A stretch of DNA of 57,444 bases, the filler included, from Sphacelaria rigidula (Eukaryota): the NCBI GenBank assembly GCA_964200075.2. It is 7 parts of 7 records of this genome, joined end to end, with 100 filler letters (N's around TTAATTAATTAA, not from the genome) between each part and the next. Parts side by side here need not be neighbours in the genome. Positions count along the whole stretch, not along the records: positions 8,223 to 16,343 come from CAXNAA020012220.1; positions 16,444 to 24,564 come from CAXNAA020012221.1; 5 more parts are not named here. One strand, given 5' to 3'. A program made the translations under genes and the position numbers. The notes under the pieces were generated by a model. The model had not been told where the DNA came from and made no database searches. It was given only the letters and a program-made list of their open reading frames with translations. This document shows positions 11,055 to 23,490 of this stretch, in pieces (the stretch's first letter is position 1; each line of letters begins with the position of its first letter).

Positions 11055-14000
11055 CTGTCAGACTGACTGATTTTTGCAGAATAGGCAGCGAAGGCAGCAG
11101 TTTACAAGCCAGGCGTGCCGCAACATGCTTTGTCACATTTGCCTACGATCAATTACACACCGGCGGTACTTGAGACTGTGGAAGGTGTTGTCCAATGAGT
11201 TTTGTTTGTGGTGCAGTCTCCTGCATGCTCTGATACCCTGACTGCAGCATTTCGTATGTGCTGTACTGTGAGAGGGGCACCACAGCGCGGTCGACAAAAC
11301 CGTGGACTGCTTGTACACAACTGCTGCCCAAGAGTATACTGATAATGTCGGTGTACAGACAGTAAGTACTTTAGGCACAGCGGGGAGTGTAGGTACGGCA
11401 ATCTGTACTTGGACTGTACCGTTTCCAGATAACGCAACATGCTGCAGGTCATGCGCGGAACCTATTGGGTTGCCGGCGCGTATCTGTTGGTATCTTCAGG
11501 GTATGACGACAGATAACCTCCCTGTCCCCTCCCTGCCCCCGGGCCTGGGCTATTATATTACGTCAGACAAGTGGGCTTTTAACCAATGTTCCGGGATGCG
11601 GTGTTTTGCTGCGACGTTCATCATCCATCCTCTCTGCTACTCAACACCATTTCCACGAGTACTGGGGCCATATCCCCCAACCACTCGAATATCATGATTC
11701 GGCGACAATCTGATACAGGATACATTACGTGTCGTCAGCAACGAATCCATCAGCCTGGAGAGGTGTGAGAGGTCGTTTACCCCCTACCGCAGAACTCTAT
11801 TTTCCTGTACTCCACGTGCTGCCTGTACTATATATGCGGAAATTTTTCGTGCATAACGAAGTGTGATCCGTGACCGGTATTGCGTTGCAGCTGCCTCTTT
11901 CATCTCATCGAATACAGGCATATACCTACCATAACGTCTTGAACAAAATCTCATTTCGGCGAGTACAGCGACACGGGTTATGATCTGCCTGATGGGAATA
12001 TCGGTTGAAATCCTCCCACACGAGCAACTAGCTTGACTTCTGGGGTTCTAAACACAGGTCCAAAGCGGTATTCTAATACAGCACAGGTTCCCGGCGGTGG
12101 CTGCTACACACAGCAGAGGCCAACGACTAAAACACAGTATTGTACCGTGCAGTCAGTGCAGACAATAATATAGCACCAGCTCGCAGGGAACGTTCCCTGC
12201 ATCCTGCACGATCGCATACTGCGTGCAGCAAACGTTTCGTGTCGACAGCAGGGGTGCTACAATGAAACCTACTGAGACTTGATAGCTTCGCGAGCTCAAG
12301 GGTAGTTGTATTTCCACACTGCCGCCCTGTTTCGGGATATATGCTGGTAACCAAGTATCCTTCTTCCGGTCCTGTACTGCACAATCAAAGTAGAGTTTAC
12401 AGCACAATACTGTCTACACAATAGAGTAGCATGCTCACTTACTCCATCAAGTACACACAGCACACATGCAGTACACTCTCTGTCCTATAAACTGTGCTGC
12501 CTGGAGGTTGCGTAGAATGTACATGTCACTCGGTGCACACCCGTATCGTGCGCTGTTTCCCGTGCTACCAGGTGGTGCCGGTGGTCCTGTACGTGTGCCT
12601 TCAGGTACACCGTTCACCTGGATGCAAGAGCATGAGTATGCTAGAGATGTGGCAGTTTCGTGTAGCAGTACTATACAGTAGTTTCGTGAGACCTGGTACA
12701 TACAGTGGGTGTGTGGGAACACGAACTCGCGGGTTACTACTTGCACAGGGTGTGAAATACTGTGGCGCAGTAGGGATAGACGGTGGTGGAGGAGGCTTTA
12801 TCCGGCCGTCAGTCCACGACATCATGCTCGCTGCCGCAGCCGACGCGCCAGTGCTACTTTGCGGCGCAGACTGCAGTTACGCTGCTATTCAATACAGCGG
12901 GGTGCTTTGATAAACGAATAGTCCACGATGCTGCTCATCCATATGTCACAAATAATTGTAGGGGCGTTTGCGCGCAGGAAGGTCCAGGATATTTCCCACG
13001 TCCTCTTGCCGCAGCCGACAACTACTCCGGACTCCAGGAGAGTACAGGTTCGAAACCTGCGCACGTCAAACGGTGCCTCGAACGGCTCTTGGATGAGAAA
13101 CGCATGTACGTATTTGTCGGTGTTCGCCGCCGTTAGCCGTCGGAGCTGCCGCCACTAGTGAAAACGTTACATTGGGATGAACAGGCCCTACTTCGTGAGA
13201 CTTTTGGTACAGATAGTGTTCATCCACACTACATATCATCGGTATCACTGATAAAGAGGTCGTGTCGTTTTACCGCAACAGACATCAACTGCGACCGACA
13301 AGAATCGCAGGCCATATGTCGAAAGTGTAATGTCACCGCACATCTGATGGTGGTACTCCAAAACTGCATACCTGTGCACTTCGGAATAGTGCCTGTATCG
13401 ACGCTCGTATGGGAAACGAATGCACATGGTCATCAGTGTTTTTGCTGCCAGTAGCCATCATAGCACCACCAGTATTCCCTGTCGCTAGCCATACGACACC
13501 GCGTCAACATCTACGCCTCAGATAATGAAAAGGTATTTAGACACCGGTAGCTGTGATGCACCGGGTTGACACCTGCGTCTCATAGATGATGTCGAAGTAT
13601 ACAGACACGGGCAGTACTGCACAAGGCTGAAGTTACGTTCCACAGATGCGATAGCCTTCAATCGCAACCCCTGCCGCTATCCGTACTGCAGAAGGTTGGA
13701 ACTCGAGTCTCACAGATGATGTAGAGGTATTTCGGCACGGGAGAATCAGAGTGTCGCTGATATACTCATGATGCACTCAGTTATCGATGCTCGTCGCTTC
13801 TGCTGCCACTAGCAAAATAAGTTCACACCTACAACATGTTGCAAGAGTATACTCACAACAATACATGGGAACGAACGCGAACCTATACCGAAAAATATAA
13901 AATACCGCACGAACAAAGCAAAACGAAATACTTTCCGTGATATCGATGCCCCGTTTGTTACCGCAAAGTGCGGAATACAAAGAGAGTGCGTACAGCAGTG

Positions 14001-14359
14001 TTGTGTCTGTATCATGGAAGCGGCAGGCTTTTTCGGTATCACATGCATGGAAGCAAATTTTACGGGGTCAGCCAATCACGGCCGTTCACATCGATTGGTT
14101 GCGTTCGATCAAAACGGTGTGATGGGAGACACTCGGAGTACACTAAGGCGCCCGTTCGGAGTGCCTGTGGCAGGTGAATGTAAGGCAACCCGACCACCTT
14201 CCACGGTTGAACAGATTAAAACGTCGTTCCATGTGGGTCTCGCGGATTGGGTCAGCACTTCCGCACCCCGTCAACTCACGTCACACAAACCCAGTCGACT
14301 ATTTTGTTTACTCACGTTCTCACGCTATCCACGGTGTAAATTATACAGTAAGAAGAAAA

Positions 14360-14435
14360 AACCAAATGCATCGGGAATCGAACCCCGTTCTCTCCACCCT
14401 AACGGCGAAATTCGGACCGTTACACCACCGGGGCG
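14360..14435 (-). pseudogene. Degenerate tRNA-like sequence (tRNA pseudogene or SINE head)
   Basis: Minus strand reads gccccggTGGTGTAACGGt...ggGGTTCGATTCCcg followed by a T-run. The acceptor and anticodon stems do not pair properly. Confidence 0.45.
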
Positions 14436-14822
14436 CGGCGGTATCTGTTTCTCTTGCATGTGGATGACATCCTCGAATGCGTTGCTTCATTTTCTGGTAT
14501 CTCCACCTCCAGAGAAAGCCATGGGTTAAATACTGCCTCATTGGTGGGTCACCACTGAAGAACTACTCTGTACGTGAAATGATCAATCACCCCCTTTGCG
14601 TGGAATTGAGGTTCTCCCACCCCGCACGAAATGATCTAGCTGAACCACCACCATGGTCACCGCAAAAAATGCGAGCGCAAAAGAAACGTTGACCTGGTTG
14701 CCTGGCTTATGCAGTGAGTGACGTGTTTTGCAGCGCCTTTGCTGACCCCATGGGGGTGGGGAGCGAGGGAATGGTGTACTAATGATCTTATATGCCGTGG
14801 TCATATGGCCGTTGACCTCGCA

Positions 14823-14871
14823 CCCCTACAATACCGGGACGGAGCACGCCGGGTTTTCGCCGAATCAGGCT
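14823..14871. repeat. Dispersed repeat 'module A' (ccctaca..ccgggacggagcacgccgggtt.tcgccg.a.caggct)
   Basis: Also present at 41105-41176 and 49325-49365, with the same right boundary in all three copies. Confidence 0.8.
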
Positions 14872-14906
14872 CGCGATCAGTCATCAAGAGCGAAGCGCCG
14901 TGGCGA

Positions 14907-15114
14907 GGGGGGGGCTTACTCATTTGTTGCTTGCATTATTCGTTTGACCATTGACAACGCATCCCTTTCGAGACGGAGCACCGTTCCGGCTCCTCACGGA
15001 GACACCTCCAACATTCCGACGCTCATTACGCTTCTTCCATACATCACACAAAAAACTTTCACATGTCAAATCCCCATACTATTTCGCCGTCTCTGGCCAC
15101 CATCTATCTCCTAG
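14907..15114 (-). mobile_element. 5'-truncated LINE-like 3' end, longest copy
   Basis: Minus strand translates LGDRWWPETAK*YGDLTCESFLCDVWKKRNERRNVGGVSVRSRNGAPSRKGCVVNGQTNNASNK*, followed by 5 nt and a C-run. Confidence 0.75.
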
Positions 15115-15339
15115 GGGGGACGGTGGGGGGGTTCAGGGGATTCTGTGCGCCCTCGACGTCTAAGACCAGTATCCAGCGTGCGTACAGTATGTCTCCATTG
15201 TTTTATTTTAAATGGTAACACCATCTTTAATTATTACTATTGGCTATGATTGATTCAAGTCACCACGTGGCCCATCCTACAATCGAGCACTGAATGTACT
15301 GGTGCACCATGTCCACGAAGTAGGGTACGATGCCTCAAG

Positions 15340-15711
15340 CAGGGTTGCACATCGGATGTCGATTTCGATAAATATCGGCGATACGCAGTATCGACATCGG
15401 ATCGTAACAAACCGAGGTTTGTCGATACGTGCCAATATCACCTATCGATACGCGCCAATATCGACCATCGATACGCTCGGTATTATGGCCCCTTATTCGT
15501 CACATTAGCTCAATATCTCGAACCCGTGGCCACAGGATCTACAGGGGGGCATGGTATTTTCCAAACGGCAGACCCCCAGTCGTCTCAGCCCCCCCCCCCC
15601 CCCCCACTCTACAAGATCGCCTGCAACATCGTCACGACGTATCGCAACAGGTTGGGTGCCGAATCGCTTAACCACCTGGTGTTTCTTCACAGGTGCCACG
15701 GGGTCACGTGA
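15340..15711 (+). mobile_element. hAT transposon remnant (terminus plus dimerisation-domain fragment)
   Basis: Begins CAGGGTTGC with dense ATCG/CGAT subterminal motifs. About 15620-15700 encodes ACNIVTTYRNRLGAESLNHLVFLH, resembling the hATC C-terminal motif. Confidence 0.65.
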
Positions 15712-16138
15712 GACATGGGCGATTCTAACCCCACGTCCAAAAAAAGGTAGCGCTCCTCCACATGAGCAGTCACCGCAGTAACCAACTTGCTTCTGTGTGT
15801 TTGGCATTTCCGCAGTGCTTACAAATTACACTTGCGAGTATTGCTGTAGAGCGGTTGCAAGGTGTGCAAATGGATGCAGTATATTGTTGTAGGATAGGAA
15901 GGGACCGGGTAACCGCTGGTGCCTTGTGGGTTTCTTGATTTGATTACACTGGGCTGTTCAACAACGGCGACATACGAGTGGCGTGGCGCAGTAAATCTGA
16001 GGTCACGATCACTGCAAAGCTTCAAATAACAGTAGAAAAACAGCTACCCTTCTGAGTACGAGGAGGTGGTAGTGTTACTTCGCCTTTCCTTCATGTTTGA
16101 CGAGTGTTGGATTTCTTTCTCCCCCCATGCATAAGTCT

Positions 16139-16194
16139 CGAAAGGGATGCGTGGTCAATGGTCAAATGACTAAGGCAAGCAACAAATGAGTACG
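16139..16194 (+). mobile_element. Short LINE-like 3' end copy with exact 16-bp TSD
   Basis: ccccatgcataagtct at 16123-16138 and 16195-16210 flanks cgaaagggatgcgtggtcaatggtcaaatgactaaggcaagcaacaaatgagtacg. Confidence 0.85.
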
Positions 16195-16343
16195 CCCCAT
16201 GCATAAGTCTGGACAGTCTATTTCTTGCAAGCTTCTTGGTTTTTCTTCTCGGTTGTTAGCTTTGAGGGCCTACATTAACCCTTTTGGGACCGGGCCTCCA
16301 GAACGACCAATGAGGCTGGTCAGGAATGACGTGTCTGGCGTCT

Positions 16344-16443
16344 NNNNNNNNNNNNNNNNNNNNNNNNNNNNNNNNNNNNNNNNNNNNTTAATTAATTAAN
16401 NNNNNNNNNNNNNNNNNNNNNNNNNNNNNNNNNNNNNNNNNNN
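16344..16443. other. Artificial contig linker
   Basis: 44N-TTAATTAATTAA-44N. Confidence 0.98.
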
Positions 16444-16837
16444 CGCGACACTGAAGACAGGAGATCGGTGGGTAGCTGATGAGCAAAGCTCTTCCTTATA
16501 TCCAATTAGGCCTGAAGACTGTTGTCGGGGTGTTCGAGTGGTCGCCTGGGCGATGCGGCACACGATTACCCTCAAAACCTTCTAGCTACGCATACAATCT
16601 TGTCATATAAATACTACTCCACGTGACGCACTGTACCCCAAGCCAATCAAAAGCTGTAGTAGCGGCAGGTACACACAGCCATTCGGGTACAATCATTTCA
16701 CCCTCAACCCGCGGCGGCAATAATACAAACACACATTTGACTATAATCCTTCCATACCCGCTGGTCGTTTCTGGGGACCATCTGCATATCCACAAGGAAA
16801 CTAGTTTTAATTCAGTCCCTCAGTCATTTACCATCAC

Positions 16838-17120
16838 ACCAGAGGCAAAACAGGCCTCCGGAGGCCTTTAATCCTTCGGGCGGGGACCAAAACCTCCGCT
16901 CTAGAAGGTCGCGTAACCCACCGGAGGAACTTTGGGGGTAGCAAAATGCCTCCGGAGGGATGCGAAGCCCCACGACGCAAAAACAAGCCTCCGGCGGCTT
17001 TTACTCCCTCCGGTTATCTTTCTGGAGGCGTTTAATTCCTCTCAAGGCGGTTAAAGCCTCTGGAGGCTCGAAAATTGACCACTCTGGAGGAATTTTGGGG
17101 TAGCCGAATGGCCTCGTGTG
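16838..17120 (-). mobile_element. Partial copy of the CAC..GTG-terminated MITE rich in CCTCCGGAGG motifs
   Basis: Reverse complement of 52513-53194 without the nested insert. One terminus is intact (ggggtagccgaatggcctcgtgtg). Confidence 0.75.
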
Positions 17121-17692
17121 CGCATTTCGCGTTTATTACCCTCCCGTTTTTCACTTGTACTGTATCGCCAGATTATGTCCTCTCTGCAGTGACACTCTTG
17201 TTCTCGTGAAATACACGACTATATTTTGTTTTTCATAGCTGCGTTTTTCTGTATTTTACAATATTTGCTGCCCTGGTTTTACTTTTTCGTCCTACAAGAT
17301 TGCAGTATGAGTCTCTCGTTTCGCCGTACACCATGTAGAGCTAGCCCTGTCAATTCATGCTGTCTGTACACGTTCACAAGGCGTCAGCCAAGCTTATTCG
17401 GCCACATCGGTACCTCGGTGGAAGGTCTTCTCAACCCACGATCCAACCGCTGCGCATTCTGTATCTTTGACTTCGCGTGCATATTCATACACTTACGTTG
17501 CCCCGCTTGCTACCCTCCCTGCACTTGTTGCATTGAATCATGAAACCCTCTGCTCGTCCCTATCCATGTGACAAGTTATGCTGTCAGATTCATTGCCTGA
17601 CGCAGAACGATTCGATCCGCGACAGGTGGTACAAGACCGAGTCATATTCCCATTTTTCACATACTAAATGCGTCCAACTTGTGCCAACCTTC

Positions 17693-17827
17693 ACACCCTG
17701 AAAAATATAGTACATAATTAAAAAGTGTACTGCGTAAGTATCGAATATTTCGTCTATTGCAATAGACAAGATATTTCATACAGTACGCAGTATACTTTTC
17801 AACAATGCAATCTGTTGTTCAGGGTGT
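17693..17827. repeat. 135-bp imperfect palindrome (foldback MITE-like)
   Basis: acaccctgaa...aaaagtgtactgcgta...gtctattgcaatagac...tacgcagtatactttt...ttcagggtgt. Flanks gccaacctt and tctaacctt could be an imperfect 9-bp TSD. Confidence 0.8.
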
Positions 17828-20121
17828 TCTAACCTTACACTTTATTACCACCACCTCTGTGTACTCCACACCCTTGTCCTGGGTATGTGGCCTATTCCGA
17901 CGAGAGAAATGGTGCTAAGTGCGATAGCGACTGCTCGACCCCACCGAGACATTGATGACGGCATGTCTTCGCGTTGACTACCAACGAGTGGGTTTCCCAG
18001 TTCGGTGATTCCCATACACCTTTTATGTGCAGCATAACATGGCTAACTGTTTGGTGTGACTTGACACCTTGCCCGTTTTATCCCGTATTGGCCAGGTCTG
18101 TGACAATCGATTGTATGTTTTATTATTGCCTAGATGGGTATTCACGTTTCTTGTACCGTAGTTTGATACTACCTTGCCCTTTTTGTAGGCTTGTTCGTGG
18201 ATGATATCATATGGTCTTGCCTTTCCTTGGCCTGTCAGGACATATTCTGGAGGCCGTCTCCCTATATGTGCGCTTCACCTTCGACGCCCAGCGTGCCATG
18301 TAAGTGCCTGTAACTGATGATGCATCGCACTGTAGATTGCTCTTACGAGCCGTACGTATGTTTTGCAGGCAATTATTTCGCTGATATGTGTGCACAACCC
18401 CGCCCTCTGTGGCGCCGAGTTTTTCTATCCGTATCATTAACGTTTTGGAGTATGTCTTTTGTGCGTTGACTCCACGAAAAAAGCCTAGTGCGAGATACGA
18501 CTACTGCTGGGATGTAGTACGCCTTTTCAGTAACGAGGTCCTTCAACGATGAACTTGATGGTTCACAACAATACTACACAGTATCTGTAAACACACGTCT
18601 TCCCATCGCAGTGAAAGATCATGTGCTGCACAATACCAGCAGTAAGATGTCAGCAGCACAACCCGTTTGCCCCACACCGCAACATGGACACTTATTGCCC
18701 AGCTACGATGTATTCGACCTTTGCAACCGTATCAGATTTTCAAAGACGCTGTCTGCGACTACTGCCCGTTTCCTCTACCTTTGCAGCAAGCTTTTGTTTC
18801 CACTGCAGTCGTCCCCGCCGATATTCCGTTTTGTGCGTCACTGCGTCACGCCTCTTTTTGTATGTTGGTGTTGCAATATGCCATCTTCAGTATGGGTGTT
18901 CATACTCATTTATGTTTCATTTTCACTGTACCTCCATACCCAACGAATGCCAATCGTTCTTTCTTGAGCTGCGTGATATATCGAGATCGCCGTGACTTGA
19001 TCATGGCGACTTGTTGTGATGAGGTTACGGTGCTGGTATAGCAAGCACAGGCTCACAAGGCAGGGCAAGTGGACAGTCGACAGAACGTACAGCCAAGCAC
19101 CAACCTCACGCACGACGTATCAGGATGTCAAAGTCTCACGCGTAAGTTGTAACTTCTCTTCTTGATTGCTTGGTCCCCACCTTCCAGTATCCAATCAGTC
19201 AATCCAATATCACGCTCGGTCAATCAGTCTCACCAGTGTTAGACTTCTTTGCTGAAAGAGAGGTGTAGAAGGCAGTGGGGGAGAGTGGGGCTACGTTTGT
19301 GCCAGGATAAACGGAGCCGTCACCATCTCTGCAATATACGAGTTCACACTCGTACCTGACCACCTCTGAACAAACCTGCAGCCTTAGAATACCGGAATAC
19401 CAGAAATGCAGATAGCCAGACTCGACAACGGGTCTGAAGCGGCATGACAACAGGCTAAAATACGTCTTCATGACACTAACCCACCCGAACGAACCTTTAC
19501 TACAGCTGCGAGGATCTATCCTCAAAGCAGCGAAAACTAAGGTTCTGCTTTACTCGTAAAGTCATGAGCGGCGAATAAAGCATACCTAAGGAAACACTCC
19601 CGTACCAACACTCCCGTACCCACTCCCACGCCTCGAAAGAAGGGAAGCATATACTGCTTCGAGGAGCAGAAAAACTGCTTTGAAACGCGGAAGTACAAAA
19701 TGCTTCTTCGTGCTAACGATGAACGAAGAAGCTCAAATTGCTTCGGCGTCCTAGCAAACCGAGAGGGGAAAACAGAGAGGTACAACGGGGAGCGGAGCTT
19801 CAACCTGGGGGAATCCAAGAGGAAATAAAAACGACAGGGAGGTATAACAGGGAGCAGAGCTTCAACCTGAGGGAAGCCAAAGAAAAACAATTGTATGATT
19901 AGTATGCAATCACACATGTTGGCGGGAGGCAAAATCTGAAAATCGGTGATCCAACGAGATCGAGCGCCAGCCGGAAGGGGATACTATAGGTCCAGCAGTC
20001 GTAGATGGTGGGTGTCTTCAGTAATTTGTCGATCGTCGCCCGATGTAGGTGGGTGTTGTGGATGTCGTAGAATAGGGTCCTAGAGAAGGAGGGGGCAACA
20101 GTTGTGGCGGAGGAGCATGGT

Positions 20122-22212
20122 TCAAAGCGGGGCGTGGACGTCGTGGGTGTGGTCGATGTTCTGCTGGAGACCGCGGCGAAGTCCTTTGGACTCAAGGCGC
20201 TGGAGGCACCAGGATCCGCGTGGTGCAGATGAGCTGGTGGTGTACAGTGCTGGCCGGAGCTTGAGCTGTATGGGTCCAGGGTCATCGATGAAGCGCACGA
20301 TGTATGTGTCGGCAGAAACCAAGCTAGCGGAGTGGGTCTGACCCAACCACCAGAGCTTGTCGCTGCCTTTGAACCAAAGGTAGCTGCCTTTGGGTAGTAT
20401 TCGCTGTTTTGCGAAGAACTTCGTCTTACAAGTCTTGGTGGGCACAAGTTCGTAACCATCGGCGACGAAGCGTAGTCCCTGATCGCGGGGAAGTTCGCGG
20501 GCTGCTGCGCCACGGCGCATGTTGCGATATTTCTTGTTGTGAGCAAGATGTTGGTTTTGAGATTGAGTCCAGTGTAGAAGGATTGCACGGCGGTGCAACT
20601 GAAGGTCGGATTCGCGTTCCCAAGACGCTCTTCGGAGACCGTGCCAGTGGGTCTTATACATGACAGCAATTTTGCCACCTCGACCACGGTTTATCTGGTG
20701 ACCGGAGATGGAGGACACGGTCAATCGAAGGGGCTGTTCCGTCACGTCGTCGGTGGTAACGTGGTAGGGCGGGGACTTGGTCGAGTAGCTGTTGAGAACA
20801 TACTGTTTGAGTCCGGCAGGCAGGTACTTGGGCATGTCGCTTGTATCATGCGGGTTCGTGCACGGTTTGCATCTATGCACGGAGACGCGGGGTTTGGTGT
20901 CCTTGCCCTGGGAGTCGCGAGGCAAGTCGAGATAGAGCAGTTTGTCACCAACGGGTTTTTCATCCGGGGATGATGGTGATGGTCCGACTGTCAGAATCTT
21001 GAATGGTCCTGTCCAATTGAGGGACAACTTTGTCTTCAAAATTGTTTCGTTGGCTGCCTTGCTGGTGCCTTGGCAGATGATCGACAAACTGTTGTAGATC
21101 CAAACCCAATCACCAACTTTCCAGTTGGGGCATTTGTGCATGACGCTGTCGAGAGCAGTGTTAGATATCTCAAGCCGCGAGGCGTTGATAGCATGTTGTT
21201 CACGCACGAGGGTGAACGCTTTGCGTTGTCGTGAATGCGCTAGCTCGTGATAGGATATCTGATCCGGATCCAACCCCTGGTGGCCATCGAACATGTGTCG
21301 CTCATACACGGTGATAGGCAGTCGAGGGTAACATCCAAGATGGAGTTCGTTCGGAGAAAGGCCTGTGGCAGCGTTAACCGAGTTGTTGTAGGACAACATG
21401 ATGTGCGAGAGATGTAGGTCCCAGTCATTTTGGCGGTCATTGACAACCATAGAGAGCACCTGGGCCATGGTGTAATTAACGTTTTCGGTACCACCGTTAC
21501 CGTTCGGGTGGTAGGCGCTCGTGGCAATTTTGCTGATACCCAGGAGCTTGTCAAGCTCATCAGAGAGATCTGAGTAAAATTGATGACCATTGTCTGAAAG
21601 GAGTGGCTTCGGGCAACCATAGTGCTTCATGTAATCGTGGACCAATATGTCGGCCGTTCCGGCCGCAGTAAAATCTGCGGCGATTACCGCGTACATGGAC
21701 GCGTGGCGACTGAAGTGGTCAGTGAAGAGTAAGATGTAGGTGTTGCCGCGACCTGTGGTCGGCAGAGGGCCAAAGTAGTCAAAGGACACAAAGTGGCCGG
21801 GCTCGTTGGGGAGTCCCATAGAGATGACGGGCCAGCGTACTATCTGTCGTGAAGGTTTTCGGGCTTGGCATTTGAAGCATCGCCGAATCCAGAAGCCGGT
21901 TGAAAATTCCATGCCAAACCACCAGTAAAAGCGTTCCGAGAGCGCTAGGGTGCGGGTGACGCCAAGGTGACGTGGCAAGTCTGTGTGGCAGCCTTTCATG
22001 ACCCAGGGGCGCATTAACAATGGGACATATATGCTCGTTGGTTCGTCATCGAGTAGTCGTGCGGTGCGTCCCGTGGTTGAGGCGGAAATTGCGTCTGTCA
22101 AAGGCGTGGGCCGACGCACGAGTAGTATGCACACCTTCATCCGCAGGAAAAAGGGTGCCTTTACGCTCGAGCTCGTATACATCAGAAATAATTGATGGTG
22201 GCAGTATGCCAA
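20122..22212 (-). pseudogene. Gypsy integrase with chromodomain-like and extra C-terminal domain
   Basis: HHCC (GCH..RHLG..CFKC), DDE core (FDYFGP, SDNG, TENVN), WTGPF motif, then chromo-like ISGHQ..YKTHWHG..SWERESDL. Confidence 0.88.
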
Positions 22213-22935
22213 CCGGGGCCGGAAGTGTGGATGGAAAAGGGACGGGACAGTCGAGTGGTAAGTACCGGACGGCTACGCGACATTGCGGTTCTGCGTTTTG
22301 TTCGCGAGACTAACCGCGGTGAGAGTAGCTGGCGAGAAACTCGCGTAGTTGACCTTACGCTGGCGAGCCGACCAAACATGGTGAGGTAGGCAGCGGGGGA
22401 ATGAGCGGCGGGGCAGAGATGCTGACGTCGTATCTGCTCCGGAAGCAGGGGCTGAGTCATCAGCTTCATGCTCGGGAGCGGTAGGCGTAGGTGGCGCCGT
22501 AATGGTCGGCAAGACTGTATCAGTGCGCGGCGAAGATTGTCCGCGGCGCGTGTTGCACGTTGCAGGAGCTTTCGCGGAGCGTGGCGTGCTGGTCCGTGGA
22601 ACCTGTGCTGCGTGGCTCGTGGGATTTGTAGGTGTCATCGGTGGTGACGGGGCACTCGGGGTGGTGCGGGCGGCAGACCGGGCGCGCGTGTTGTCAGAGA
22701 CTAGGTGGGTGGCCGACGGTGTCTCCGTGAAGAGCTTCGCGCGAGTACCGAAAGTGCGGAAGTCGACAAAATCGGAGATAGTGGGCTTTAACCCACCCAA
22801 GACGGCGTCATATGGTAGAGGGCGATGTCCTCCCGTATGCATACCAGTTTCTGGGCACTGGGGGTCTAGGGCGTAAACGGGCGTTGAAAAACGTCTAATC
22901 GCGTAAATTCTAGGTTTTTCGGGTTCCGTTAAACT

Positions 22936-23454
22936 TCAAGTCGGGCTGGAATCTGCGGCCGTAGGCGGCAGGGGTAGGCGAGGAAGAAGATCAGCGTTCC
23001 CGTTGGTTTTGCCCGGACGGTGTTTAATGGTATACTGGTATGCGGTTAACAACTCCAACCATCGTTGTACACGCGGGTTGTGTTCGCCAACCTTCGTGAG
23101 TTGTTCGAGTGCTCTATGATCCGTATAGATCTCGAAGGGCACGTGAAACAGATATTGTCGAAGGCGCTTAACGGCCCAAGTGGTTACTCCGCCTTCCAGT
23201 TCTAGCGGGCTCCAATTGGCCTCGTTGGGCAGGGTAGCGCGGCTGATATAAAGGACGGGTCGGACGGAGCCATCAACCTGAGGTTGATTCAAAACTCCTC
23301 CGAATCCGTTTGTGCTGGCGTCAGTGTGGAGTTGGAAAAGGCGAGAGCCATCTTGTACTACCTCCCAATCAGGAAAGCAGAGTACTGGCTTTTCGGTGAG
23401 TGTCTTAAGTAATTCGCGGGTGATATTCTCCGTACCGGTTGTGAAAGAAAACAC
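22936..23454 (-). pseudogene. Gypsy RNase H region
   Basis: LHTDASTNGFGGVL, NWSPLELE, IYTDHRAL, RWLELL, HRPGKTNGNAD. Confidence 0.9.
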
Positions 23455-23490
23455 GGATCCTTTCTTGAGTAGCTCAGTAAGGGAGCGGAT

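Noticed and set aside
12480-13450. Possible decayed coding sequence (GVCAQEGPGYFPRP...)
   Set aside because: Fragmented across frames with no family I can recognise; it needs a tBLASTx search.
13510-13745. CRISPR-like recurrence of ca.agatgatgt.ga.gtat..cacggg
   Set aside because: The repeats are degenerate and the intervening segments resemble each other, so this is a decayed tandem repeat of about 60-70 bp. The context is eukaryotic with no cas genes.
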